This document shows positions 1 to 7,858 of a DNA stretch of 64,000 bases, one piece after another (position 1 is the stretch's first letter; each line of letters opens with the position of its first letter). The translations under genes and the position numbers were made by a program. The stretch comes from a virus (Duplodnaviria > Caudoviricetes). The stretch covers positions 1 through 64,000 of the IMG/VR virus record IMGVR_UViG_3300029288_007050. One strand, written 5' to 3'. The notes beneath the pieces are model-generated. The model made no database searches. It was not told the origin of the DNA and saw nothing but the letters and a program-made list of their open reading frames with translations.

Positions 1-312
1 ATATATTTAGCAGGTCGAATGTCGACTGGTTTCGATAAAAAATATTTTGGAACTGATAAAATATTAGAATGGTATGTTGCTTGGAAAACTGCTAGACGTT
101 TATGGAAAGAAGGGCATGTAGTGTATTCACCTCATTTGAATAATATTTTTTTCAATAGCATAATGTCTCATTCAGAATGGGTCAAAAAAGGACTAAGTAT
201 GTTAGACGTCTGCGATGCTATTTATTTCTTGCCTAACTGGGAGAAAAGCAAAGGTTCGAAAATAGAATATGATTATGCTAAAAAGAAAAATAAAAAAATA
301 GTATTTATTTAG
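1..312 (+). CDS. DUF4406/DUF1937-like protein (nucleoside deoxyribosyltransferase-like fold), 5'-truncated by window edge
   Basis: Frame open from base 1 (IYLAGRM...); motifs VYSPH, MLDVCDAIYFLPNWEKSKGSKIEY. Confidence 0.75.
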   Translation: MYLAGRMSTGFDKKYFGTDKILEWYVAWKTARRLWKEGHVVYSPHLNNIFFNSIMSHSEWVKKGLSMLDVCDAIYFLPNWEKSKGSKIEYDYAKKKNKKIVFI

Positions 313-384
313 CCCTCATAACTCAATTGGCAGAGTAGCTGGCTTTTAACCAGTTTGTTCCAGGTTCGAGTCCTGGTGAGGGCA
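312..384 (+). tRNA. tRNA-Lys(UUU)
   Basis: Cloverleaf; anticodon loop CTTTTAA; T-arm CCAGG-TTCGAGT-CCTGG; acceptor GCCCTCA/TGAGGGC. Confidence 0.95.
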
Positions 385-407
385 CTTTATTTTTATTAAT
401 GAAATAA

Positions 408-548
408 ATGAAGACACTTAAAGAAGTACAAAAATCTGCTATAAAACAAGGACATTGTCATTGCAATTTTGCTGTCAAATGTCCATGCAATGAATTTAAG
501 AAAACTAAAAAATGCAAATGCTATTTAGCATTTTCTAAAAAGAAATAA
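408..548 (+). CDS. 46-aa Cys-rich protein (CHC/CPC/CKC), resembles minimal ferredoxin-thioredoxin reductase catalytic chain
   Basis: Translated by hand: MKTLKEVQKSAIKQGHCHCNFAVKCPCNEFKKTKKCKCYLAFSKKK. Confidence 0.55.
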   Translation: MKTLKEVQKSAIKQGHCHCNFAVKCPCNEFKKTKKCKCYLAFSKKK

Positions 549-550
549 AG

Positions 551-579
551 TTTACTCATTCTGAGAAATATGGTATAAT
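551..579 (+). promoter_or_regulatory. sigma70-type promoter
   Basis: TTTACT-N17-TATAAT with extended -10 TG. Confidence 0.85.
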
Positions 580-608
580 GGAATAATCAGAAGATCTTTG
601 ATAATTAT

Positions 609-681
609 CTCTTGGTAGCCAAGCAGCTAAGGCAGTGGTCTGCAAAACCAATATACGTGGGTGCAATTCCCACCCAAGAGT
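609..681 (+). tRNA. tRNA-Cys(GCA)
   Basis: Acceptor CTCTTGG/CCAAGAG, loop CTGCAAA, U73; T-loop variant TGCAATT. Confidence 0.9.
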
Positions 682-688
682 CAAGTAT

Positions 689-759
689 GCCCTTATAGTT
701 CAGTGGCAGAACGCCAATCTTGTAAATTGGATACTGGGGTTCGATTCCTCATTAGGGCT
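689..759 (+). tRNA. tRNA-Thr(UGU)
   Basis: Anticodon arm CCAAT-CTTGTAA-ATTGG; TTCGATT T-loop. Confidence 0.9.
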
Positions 760-769
760 CATATTAAAT

Positions 770-842
770 GGGCTTGTAGCTCAATCGGCAGAGCAACTCC
801 CTCTTAAGGAGAAGGTTGTGAGTTCGATTCTCACTAAGCCCA
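770..842 (+). tRNA. tRNA-Lys(CUU)
   Basis: Loop CTCTTAA; canonical D and T arms. Confidence 0.93.
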
Positions 843-851
843 CTCGAAATT

Positions 852-923
852 GGGGGATTGATGATAAAAGCAGCATACCGAGCTTGCACCTCGGAAGAAG
901 CGGCGCGATACCGCTATCCTCCA
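852..923 (+). tRNA. tRNA-Ala(UGC)
   Basis: CCGAG-CTTGCAC-CTCGG; G3:U70 identity pair; atypical T-loop CGCGATA. Confidence 0.85.
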
Positions 924-940
924 CAAATAGATTACCCCTA

Positions 941-969
941 TTTACAAAAACATTATAATATGGTATAAT
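941..969 (+). promoter_or_regulatory. sigma70-type promoter
   Basis: TTTACA-N17-TATAAT with extended -10 TG. Confidence 0.85.
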
Positions 970-994
970 AAATATAATAAAAACAACAAACGAT

Positions 995-1981
995 ATGAAA
1001 TTAGAAAATATAGGTTTTTATAGTTTGTCTGACCAGAGAGCTAAAACTGCTTCTGATAAATCACAGATGAAAAGATGTGAGTTAATCATCACTGAGTATT
1101 GCAACTTCAAATGTCCTTATTGTAGAGGTTTGGATAAGTACATATATGGAAATCGAAAAATAAAACAGTTGTCTTTATCAGAAATCAAAAAAGCTATCGA
1201 CTTTTGGTGCGAAAAAGAACCTTTAGAAAACATAAGATTTTCTGGTGGAGAACCTACTCTTCACAAAGACATTTTGGAAATTGTTTCGTACGCAAAAAAG
1301 AAAGGTATAAAAAGGATCGCTATCTCAACTAACGGTTCGAATAAAATTGAACTATACAGAAAATTAGTCAAAGCAGGTGTCAACGATTTTTCAGTCTCTT
1401 TAGATGCTTGTTGTGCAGAAGATGGCGACAAAATGTCTGGTGGAAGAATTGGTTCGTGGAACATTGTAATCAAAAATATCGAAGAAATATCAAAACTAAC
1501 GTACACGACAGTAGGCATAGTTTTGACTCCAGAAAATATCGACAAAACAATCGATACTATAAGATTAGCACATCGACTTGGTGTTTCAGACATTCGAATA
1601 ATTTCTGCAGCGCAGTATAATAAACCCATTCCAAGATTGAATGAAATAGAAACAGAAATAAGAAAAGCACACCCAATTTTAGATTATAGAATAAAGAATT
1701 TCGCGAATGGCAGAAATGTTCGGGGTATAAAAGAATCTGATTCTAAAAAATGCGGATTAGTATTAGACGATTCTGTCATTGCTGGAGATTATCATTTCCC
1801 ATGTGTTATTTATATGAGAGAGAAAGGACTAGCGATAGGTAAAGTGTCGAAAAATATGAGAAAAGAAAGAAAAGAATGGTATGAAAAACATGATTGCTTC
1901 AAAGATGATATATGTAGAAAAAACTGCTTAGACGTTTGTGTAGATTATAACAACAGACATGAAGAGTTCAATAAAAGATAA
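995..1981 (+). CDS. Radical SAM enzyme (MoaA/PqqE-like core, Cys-rich C-terminus)
   Basis: CNFKCPYC, FSGGEPTL, ISTNG, extra C-terminal Cys cluster. Confidence 0.9.
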   Translation: MKLENIGFYSLSDQRAKTASDKSQMKRCELIITEYCNFKCPYCRGLDKYIYGNRKIKQLSLSEIKKAIDFWCEKEPLENIRFSGGEPTLHKDILEIVSYAKKKGIKRIAISTNGSNKIELYRKLVKAGVNDFSVSLDACCAEDGDKMSGGRIGSWNIVIKNIEEISKLTYTTVGIVLTPENIDKTIDTIRLAHRLGVSDIRIISAAQYNKPIPRLNEIETEIRKAHPILDYRIKNFANGRNVRGIKESDSKKCGLVLDDSVIAGDYHFPCVIYMREKGLAIGKVSKNMRKERKEWYEKHDCFKDDICRKNCLDVCVDYNNRHEEFNKR

Positions 1982-2441
1982 AATTAAATTATTTTGGAGA
2001 AGCGCTGAAAAGAATAAAATAGAAGAACATGTTCTCGATGAAATTCTTTTCGAATATAGAGTGAGAATATATAAGAAGTTATCTAGTCACGGTCAGTTAT
2101 CTTTTGATTCTTACTTAAATAGTATAAAAAAATATTATCGTCTTAATAAGCTAAAAGAGTTTCGGTATGAGGGTAAACATTCTCATATCAAAGAAGACAT
2201 TGATGATGTTTTGAAAAACTTATTCTTTAAAAGATATTTACTTTTTAAGAAGCTTTTCTCAAAAAACGAAAAATACAAAAAGCTTAAAAAAGTCTATAAA
2301 AAACTATGCAAGACTGATATGTCTCATTCTGAAAAAGTGTTATTAGTAGACGCATGTATTCATATAGAACATAATAGCGGCAATATTTTCAACATCAATA
2401 TAGAAAAGTTAAGAAAAGAATATGAAAAGAGTCAATGTTAA
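1959..2441 (+). CDS. hypothetical protein
   Basis: ORF overlapping both neighbours in operon fashion. Confidence 0.6.
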   Translation: MKSSIKDKIKLFWRSAEKNKIEEHVLDEILFEYRVRIYKKLSSHGQLSFDSYLNSIKKYYRLNKLKEFRYEGKHSHIKEDIDDVLKNLFFKRYLLFKKLFSKNEKYKKLKKVYKKLCKTDMSHSEKVLLVDACIHIEHNSGNIFNINIEKLRKEYEKSQC

Positions 2442-2838
2442 AGAATTAGAATATTTAGCATTTCACGACATAATGACTGGGTTGAGGAACAGAAGCTATT
2501 TGTATAGAAAGACAAATCTTTCTGACTATAATTTTGTTTATTTTATTGATATTAATGACATGCACGAGATAAACAAATCGGGGCACTTCTTTGGTGATAA
2601 ACATATTCTAAAATGTGTAAAATACATTTCTTCTTTCTTAGATAAAAAAGACTTATTTGTAAGATATGCTGGTGATGAATTCGTTATACTTTCAGAAACT
2701 GATATAGATTTAAAAACTAATAAAGATTTTTCTGTTGGCAAGACGAAAAAGACTTCGAACGACATATTGAAAGAAATCGAAAAAGCAGATAGAGAAATGT
2801 TAAAATCTAAAACTGAATACAAGCGTACAAAAACATAG
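2422..2838 (+). CDS. stand-alone GGDEF (diguanylate cyclase-like) domain protein
   Basis: HDIMTGLRNR, FIDIND, GHFFGD, RYAGDEF. Confidence 0.85.
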   Translation: MKRVNVKELEYLAFHDIMTGLRNRSYLYRKTNLSDYNFVYFIDINDMHEINKSGHFFGDKHILKCVKYISSFLDKKDLFVRYAGDEFVILSETDIDLKTNKDFSVGKTKKTSNDILKEIEKADREMLKSKTEYKRTKT

Positions 2839-2840
2839 GA

Positions 2841-2869
2841 TTTACAAAGATAGCAAAGTATGGTATAAT
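2841..2869 (+). promoter_or_regulatory. sigma70-type promoter
   Basis: TTTACA-N17-TATAAT. Confidence 0.85.
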
Positions 2870-2906
2870 AATATTGGTTCTTTATTAAAACATAGGGAGG
2901 GTCGAA

Positions 2907-3254
2907 ATGAACAACGTCGTAAGAATGTATGAAAGACAGAAAGCATATCTAGTCGATTTGTTGGGAACAGAAAACTTTGAACATATTCGGTCAGTTTTAA
3001 ACGAAAAATACTTATTGCGTCTTCACGGTGAAGCCACAGAAGTGTTTGATGCTGCTAAACTAAAAGAATCAGATCCGATTCTCACTCCAGAAGAAAACGA
3101 ACATCTGTTGGAAGAAATCATCGACTGTTTCAAGTACGTGATGAATTTGTTCATAGTTAACGGATTCACTGCAGAGGATATTGTCAGGAAATTCGAGGAA
3201 AAATCAGATATTGTCGACGAAAGGTTAAGACAAAAGAAAGAAAGGAGTGCTTGA
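2907..3254 (+). CDS. all-alpha NTP pyrophosphohydrolase (MazG/dimeric dUTPase-like)
   Basis: EATE...EEIIDCFKY; paralogous to N-terminus of the 17116 gene; has a GGAGG SD. Confidence 0.7.
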   Translation: MNNVVRMYERQKAYLVDLLGTENFEHIRSVLNEKYLLRLHGEATEVFDAAKLKESDPILTPEENEHLLEEIIDCFKYVMNLFIVNGFTAEDIVRKFEEKSDIVDERLRQKKERSA

Positions 3255-3280
3255 AGATGTTTAAGTACTCCTTTTTCTTC
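3241..3280 (+). terminator. intrinsic terminator hairpin
   Basis: AAAGGAGTGCTTGAA-GATG-TTTAAGTACTCCTTT then T-rich tract. Confidence 0.7.
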
Positions 3281-3324
3281 AAATATTGAAATCGTATCAA
3301 AATGATACGAATACAAACACAAAT

Positions 3325-3723
3325 ATGATGAAATACGAAATAAAAGACGACAATTTAATAGTGACAATACCTCTAAAACAAACTGCTCGAGACTATTACG
3401 ACCAGGTCTGCGGAAAAATTGACAATATCATCGGAGTGATTTCGAAAGACCAGTTTGGTAATGAAGAGATTGGTTTTCATCAACTTATCGATATGACGTA
3501 TAAAGGTAAAGAATCACAGATCGATGGATTGTTAGTTCCTTATTATGGAGAAAAAGAAGACTTTATCAAACTTTGCAAAGAACTTGGCATTAGTTATTAT
3601 GAGTATCCGACTTGCGTATATTGTGGTAAAAGTATATATGGATCGTTTTCAGATGGAGACAAAGGACCACGTTGCTATGATTGTGAGAAAAAAGCAGAAA
3701 AAGGCATCGAAAAATATAAATAA
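3325..3723 (+). CDS. hypothetical protein with C-terminal CxxC..CxxC Zn finger
   Basis: CVYC...CYDC; ATG 3325 preferred to TTG 3286. Confidence 0.65.
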   Translation: MMKYEIKDDNLIVTIPLKQTARDYYDQVCGKIDNIIGVISKDQFGNEEIGFHQLIDMTYKGKESQIDGLLVPYYGEKEDFIKLCKELGISYYEYPTCVYCGKSIYGSFSDGDKGPRCYDCEKKAEKGIEKYK

Positions 3724-3846
3724 TAACTGAGATGATGGAATATACCTTTTTAATGGTAAACGAGGCTTAGAACGCATTCTAGAGGGCAAGATAAACGCTA
3801 ATACTTGTTTATCCACGGTGGTACAGTCAATTTAATAGACTTTAAA

Positions 3847-4086
3847 ATGAATTTCGGTAATAGTGTAAAAATAAAATATGCTAAGACAAGCAATCAATAC
3901 AAGATGGATTGTAGAGAGCAATGGTTGCATAATGTGACAGAAATTCGCTATCGTTATCCCTCTCCACAATCTACTCTTAGAGTTTCTTTTGAGAGTGACA
4001 TTCATAAAACTGGTCTTACTGTATTTCTAGACGAAATAGAAGAATTTGAAACAATATTAGCAACAGAAATAGCTCCAGAATTTTAA
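3847..4086 (+). CDS. hypothetical protein
   Basis: ORF; start uncertain. Confidence 0.5.
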   Translation: MNFGNSVKIKYAKTSNQYKMDCREQWLHNVTEIRYRYPSPQSTLRVSFESDIHKTGLTVFLDEIEEFETILATEIAPEF

Positions 4087-4111
4087 TAACGTGTATGAAC
4101 AAAACGAATAA

Positions 4112-4182
4112 TGCAGAGTCATCTAATGGTAGGATAGATGGTTTTGAGCCATCTTATCTAGGTCCGAATCCTAGCTCTGCAG
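4112..4182 (+). tRNA. tRNA-Gln(UUG)
   Basis: GATGG-TTTTGAG-CCATC; acceptor TGCAGAG/CTCTGCA. Confidence 0.9.
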
Positions 4183-4200
4183 CATTTATGTCGAATTTAT

Positions 4201-4272
4201 TGGAGAGTGGCGTAACGGTAGCGCAGCTCGCTGTTAACGAGAAGGTTGCAGGTCCGAATCCTGCCTCTCCAG
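4201..4272 (+). tRNA. tRNA-Asn(GUU)
   Basis: CTCG-CTGTTAA-CGAG; acceptor TGGAGAG/CTCTCCA. Confidence 0.9.
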
Positions 4273-4273
4273 C

Positions 4274-4345
4274 TGCGGAGTAGTATAATTGGTAGTACGG
4301 CGGACTCTGAATCCGTAGATCTAAGTTCGAACCTTAGCTCCGCAG
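4274..4345 (+). tRNA. tRNA-Gln(CUG)
   Basis: GCGGA-CTCTGAA-TCCGT; acceptor TGCGGAG/CTCCGCA. Confidence 0.9.
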
Positions 4346-4355
4346 CACGACCATA

Positions 4356-4384
4356 TTTACATAATACGTAAAATATGATAAGAT
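4356..4384 (+). promoter_or_regulatory. sigma70-type promoter (variant)
   Basis: TTTACA-N17-TAAGAT with TG. Confidence 0.6.
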
Positions 4385-4397
4385 ATATTAGAATAAT

Positions 4398-4934
4398 ATG
4401 AAGACAGAAAAGAAAAATAAAAAATGGGAAGTTAAGTTTGCTCCAGAATTTTTCAAAAGTGCTGAAAAGCTTTTTTCAAACAATCCCAAATATTCAATAC
4501 CAAGAATGCTGAGTGACGCAAAATACGAAATCAAGTGGGCTTTGCAAAGAGCATTCAGAGGTTATGACGATCGATTAACTTGGGATTTCCACTTTTTTAT
4601 ATCGAAATATTTTCCGGTGATCATCAGAAAAATGATAAAAAATGTTCACGGTTATCCATGTTCTATGAACAGAAAGAATAAAGGTGATTTCAAAAACGTA
4701 AAAGACTGGAAGAGAACATTAGAAAAGATTGCTAAAGGATTTGAAGCTGCAAGAGATATTGACAACGATAAATATATGAAAAGAATAAAACTAAAAAAAC
4801 CAAGAAAAGATGTCTTCGGTGAAGATTCTTATATTGATTATAAATTTGACAAAAAATATTACGATCGTCTTATGAAAGAGTTTCATGAAGGCGTAGACTT
4901 ATTTAAGAAGTATTTCTTTAATTTGTGGGATTAA
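4398..4934 (+). CDS. hypothetical phage protein
   Basis: 178-aa ORF directly after a promoter. Confidence 0.7.
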   Translation: MKTEKKNKKWEVKFAPEFFKSAEKLFSNNPKYSIPRMLSDAKYEIKWALQRAFRGYDDRLTWDFHFFISKYFPVIIRKMIKNVHGYPCSMNRKNKGDFKNVKDWKRTLEKIAKGFEAARDIDNDKYMKRIKLKKPRKDVFGEDSYIDYKFDKKYYDRLMKEFHEGVDLFKKYFFNLWD

Positions 4935-4997
4935 TTTTTACAAAATATATGGCAATCTAAATCCAACTAAAATTAAAACGGATTTAGCATTGTCAAT

Positions 4998-5219
4998 ATG
5001 AAACAACATATAATGGTTCGTAATGGAGTCGTTTTAGAATCTTTGCTCAGTGCTCAGTTCAAAATACAGTTAGAAGACGGAAAAGAAATCAGAGCGTATT
5101 TATCAGGCAAGATGAGAATGAATCATATCAGAGTTCTCCCTGGTGACAAAGTAATCGTCGAATTAAGAGATGACATGAGCATAGCAAATCAGATAGGTAG
5201 GATAACTAGAAGAAATTAA
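4998..5219 (+). CDS. infA: translation initiation factor IF-1
   Basis: GVVLESL..AQFKIQLEDG..IRAYLSGKMRMNHIRVLPGDKV. Confidence 0.93.
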   Translation: MKQHIMVRNGVVLESLLSAQFKIQLEDGKEIRAYLSGKMRMNHIRVLPGDKVIVELRDDMSIANQIGRITRRN

Positions 5220-5302
5220 GAGTAAATGTTCTTTTAAAATTGAAGTCAATCATACGCGTGGGTATGAAGTCCTCCAGAGGGAGGCATTGAAAACCTAAAA
5301 GT

Positions 5303-6103
5303 ATGACAAAAAGAAATTACGAAATGGAAGTGCTCATTAATGGTAATCCCGTTAAAGAGTATCTTTCAAACGGTAAAATATTCGTCGAAGGAAGAAAAGG
5401 TTCTGTATTTTCTCTCAGACTAAGAAACAATTCTTCAGAAAGGGTTTTATTCGTACCGACTGTAGATGGTTTATCAGTTATGGATGGCAAAGAAGGATCG
5501 TTTGATTCTCGAGGATACATCGTGAATGGTTATGATTCTATAACGATAGATGGTTGGAGATTAAGCAATCGAGAAGTAGCAGAATTTTATTTTTCTTCTC
5601 CAGAAGATTCTTACAGAAAACGCAAAGGAATGGGAAACAATCTTGGAAGTATCGCTGTCGCTGTCTTTAGAGAAAAAGAAAAGAAATGTCTGCATTGGTT
5701 GCAAGAAACATTACCTTTTCCTGAATGGCCGAAATACGTGCCCGACGAGACATATCCTAAACGATACCCAGACCCGAATAAGTATTTCTGTGGACAACAA
5801 CCGTTTGACTCAAATGAAAAAGATGGAAGAATCGAACTCTCAGCAATGAATTGTTCTCAATGTTTTTCTATGAGATCAGTTTCGCAAGAAATAGGAACTG
5901 GTTTCGGTGATTCGAAAAGAAGTGAAGTAATAACTATTTCGTTTGATAGAGAAAACGAACCAGATGCAGTCCTCGAAATATTCTACAACAGTCGAAAACA
6001 ACTCGAAAAAATCGGGATCGAGTTCAACAGACCAGCATTAAGAGTTTCAGAGCCAAATTCATTTCCAGCTGAAAGAGGCTACTGTGAACGACCCAATAGA
6101 TAA
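5303..6103 (+). CDS. hypothetical protein, flanked by complementary arms
   Basis: 266-aa ORF; arms at 5225-5263 and 6111-6148. Confidence 0.75.
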   Translation: MTKRNYEMEVLINGNPVKEYLSNGKIFVEGRKGSVFSLRLRNNSSERVLFVPTVDGLSVMDGKEGSFDSRGYIVNGYDSITIDGWRLSNREVAEFYFSSPEDSYRKRKGMGNNLGSIAVAVFREKEKKCLHWLQETLPFPEWPKYVPDETYPKRYPDPNKYFCGQQPFDSNEKDGRIELSAMNCSQCFSMRSVSQEIGTGFGDSKRSEVITISFDRENEPDAVLEIFYNSRKQLEKIGIEFNRPALRVSEPNSFPAERGYCERPNR

Positions 6104-6160
6104 TAATTAAGCATCTACGCGAGTTGACTTCAATTTTTAGAGAACATTAACATAATATAA

Positions 6161-6234
6161 GGGCGCGTAGCTCAGTCGGTCAGAGCACGGCTCTTATAAA
6201 GCCGGGGTCGATGGTTCGAGTCCATCCGCGCCCA
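6161..6234 (+). tRNA. tRNA-Ile(UAU)
   Basis: CGGCT-CTTATAA-AGCCG; canonical cloverleaf. Confidence 0.92.
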
Positions 6235-6293
6235 CTGAACATAGCTCAATGGCTAGAGCAAATATTATATGAGTTCGATTCTCATTGTTCAAC
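6235..6293 (+). ncRNA. tRNA-like RNA lacking the anticodon arm
   Basis: Acceptor TGAACA/TGTTCA, D arm GCTC-AATGGCTA-GAGC, T arm ATGAG-TTCGATT-CTCAT; only 9 nt between D and T arms. Confidence 0.7.
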
Positions 6294-6328
6294 AAGTAGA
6301 GTTCTTTCGAGTCTGGATATGTCATGTT

Positions 6329-6625
6329 ATGCCAACAAAAAATGTTTACGCTCGTCATATTGACGGCGAATGTCATGGTCCGTCATGTCCTGTTTGTGCG
6401 TGGTTAGACAGCACGAATATGGTATGGAAACAGTTAGTTGGAAAAGTTCTAACACAAATAGATGCAAGTTTTCCAGAAGGATCGCAAAAAGACGCGATAA
6501 AAGATATACTTCGAAACACGATCTGGAATATGCATGAAGAAGCGACGAAATCGTTTTTCACTCATGCACATTCACCAGAAGATAAAAGGTCATTACACCA
6601 AGTCTTAAGAGAATTGCCAGATTAG
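6329..6625 (+). CDS. hypothetical protein, flanked by complementary arms
   Basis: ATG 6329 avoids overlap with the tRNA-like RNA. Confidence 0.65.
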   Translation: MPTKNVYARHIDGECHGPSCPVCAWLDSTNMVWKQLVGKVLTQIDASFPEGSQKDAIKDILRNTIWNMHEEATKSFFTHAHSPEDKRSLHQVLRELPD

Positions 6626-6665
6626 TATTAACTATTTCTAGGCGAAGATCGGACTCTACTAATAT

Positions 6666-6738
6666 GGTGGTCGTGGGGTAGCGGTTAGCCCAATGGTTTG
6701 TGAAACCATCAGCATGAGTTCGAATCTCATCGATCACC
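6666..6738 (+). tRNA. tRNA-His(GUG) with genome-encoded G-1
   Basis: ATGGT-TTGTGAA-ACCAT; G-1:C73. Confidence 0.92.
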
Positions 6739-6742
6739 CCTA

Positions 6743-6771
6743 TTTACAAATGTTTCTAGATGTGGTATAAT
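6743..6771 (+). promoter_or_regulatory. sigma70-type promoter
   Basis: TTTACA-N17-TATAAT. Confidence 0.85.
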
Positions 6772-6827
6772 ATATAATGTTGAAATAAGATAATTAGACT
6801 TTGAAAAAGACAAATAAACACATCTAT

Positions 6828-6940
6828 TATGAACAAATCACTGATTTCTAAACTTTATTATAAAATTAAAAACAGTAGGCTTGAGAAACTTCGGTTTCTC
6901 ACGGGATCAGTGACCCGTGTTCATAGCCTACTGTTTTTAG
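6828..6940 (+). ncRNA. structured leader RNA (cloverleaf with alternative pairing; C4-antisense-like architecture)
   Basis: 14-bp closing stem, cUUCGg hairpin, second hairpin loop complementary to upstream sequence. Confidence 0.65.
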
Positions 6941-6959
6941 TCTTTTAATAAACATCATT

Positions 6960-7505
6960 ATGAAAAAACAAGACGTTGCGAAAATATTAATAGAATTGTA
7001 TGATGAATATTTAGAAAATACTGTCGTTGAAAGAACTCAAGAATTCAATGATTTAGAAAAAGGCGGAAAGCAAAAATTATTGCTTAAAGGCAATCTAGAT
7101 GGTTTTATTGTCTATCTTCAAAATAAGGAAAAGATCGAAAAATCAGTCAAAATAAAAAAACAGTCTGAAAAACAAGATGTTCTAGAACTTAAAAAGGAAG
7201 AAGCACAAAAAATACAAACTATTTATGAAGCGTACGTCGGAAAGATTTTACCAGGTTCTAGATTGACTGCGACTGCGAAAGCAAAAATATCTACTAGATT
7301 AAAAGAGTTTTCTATTGAAGAAATATTGCAAGGAATTGATAACTTTTCAAAAGACAGTTGGTGGATGGAAAACAATGCAAAAAGAGGCATTACTTGGTTC
7401 TTCTATTCTGAAGACAGAACTGAACAATTTAAAAATTTGACACCAAGACAAAAAAATACTAAAGAGAAATTAAGAAAAGGTTCTTTCGAAGAAGAACCAT
7501 TTTAA
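6960..7505 (+). CDS. putative replication initiator/replisome-organiser-like protein
   Basis: C-terminal RLT...KISTRLKEFSIEEILQGIDNF...WW...TWFF resembles phage replication-protein C-domains. Confidence 0.5.
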   Translation: MKKQDVAKILIELYDEYLENTVVERTQEFNDLEKGGKQKLLLKGNLDGFIVYLQNKEKIEKSVKIKKQSEKQDVLELKKEEAQKIQTIYEAYVGKILPGSRLTATAKAKISTRLKEFSIEEILQGIDNFSKDSWWMENNAKRGITWFFYSEDRTEQFKNLTPRQKNTKEKLRKGSFEEEPF

Positions 7506-7510
7506 ACAAC

Positions 7511-7858
7511 ATGATCTCATTAAAACTTATCAAAAGATTAAAGAAAGTAGGATTTCCAGAAAAATATTGTAAGCATTTCTACATCACAGATAAGAAAGGC
7601 AAAAACATAGGCATTCCTTCTCTTGAGGAACTCATCAAAGCATGCGGTAAAGATTTCGAAAGTCTGGTACTGGTGTCAGACATACAAAATAAAAAAAGAG
7701 TATATTGGTGGCAGGCGTATATGACAGAAAAAGCATTTGATAAATTAGGTATTCCATGCGTAAGAGATTGTTGTGGATACGATGCTGCGGATGAACCAGA
7801 TGAAGCAGTAGCAGAACTTTATATATCATTAAATAAAAAACCAACATGTGGAAAATAA
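7511..7858 (+). CDS. hypothetical protein
   Basis: ORF in operon. Confidence 0.65.
   Translation: MISLKLIKRLKKVGFPEKYCKHFYITDKKGKNIGIPSLEELIKACGKDFESLVLVSDIQNKKRVYWWQAYMTEKAFDKLGIPCVRDCCGYDAADEPDEAVAELYISLNKKPTCGK

Noticed and set aside
635-958. 107-aa ORF in the track
   Set aside because: Overlaps four tRNA genes; spurious.
4095-4283. 62-aa ORF
   Set aside because: Overlaps tRNA-Gln, Asn and Gln.
5225-6148. IS/transposon terminal inverted repeats
   Set aside because: No transposase motifs or target duplication; mismatches are G-U compatible, so reported as an RNA helix.
6161-6234. Possible ochre suppressor tRNA (TTA) implying recoding
   Set aside because: The 7-nt loop CTTATAA centres on TAT; genes are intact in code 11 and all three stops are used.
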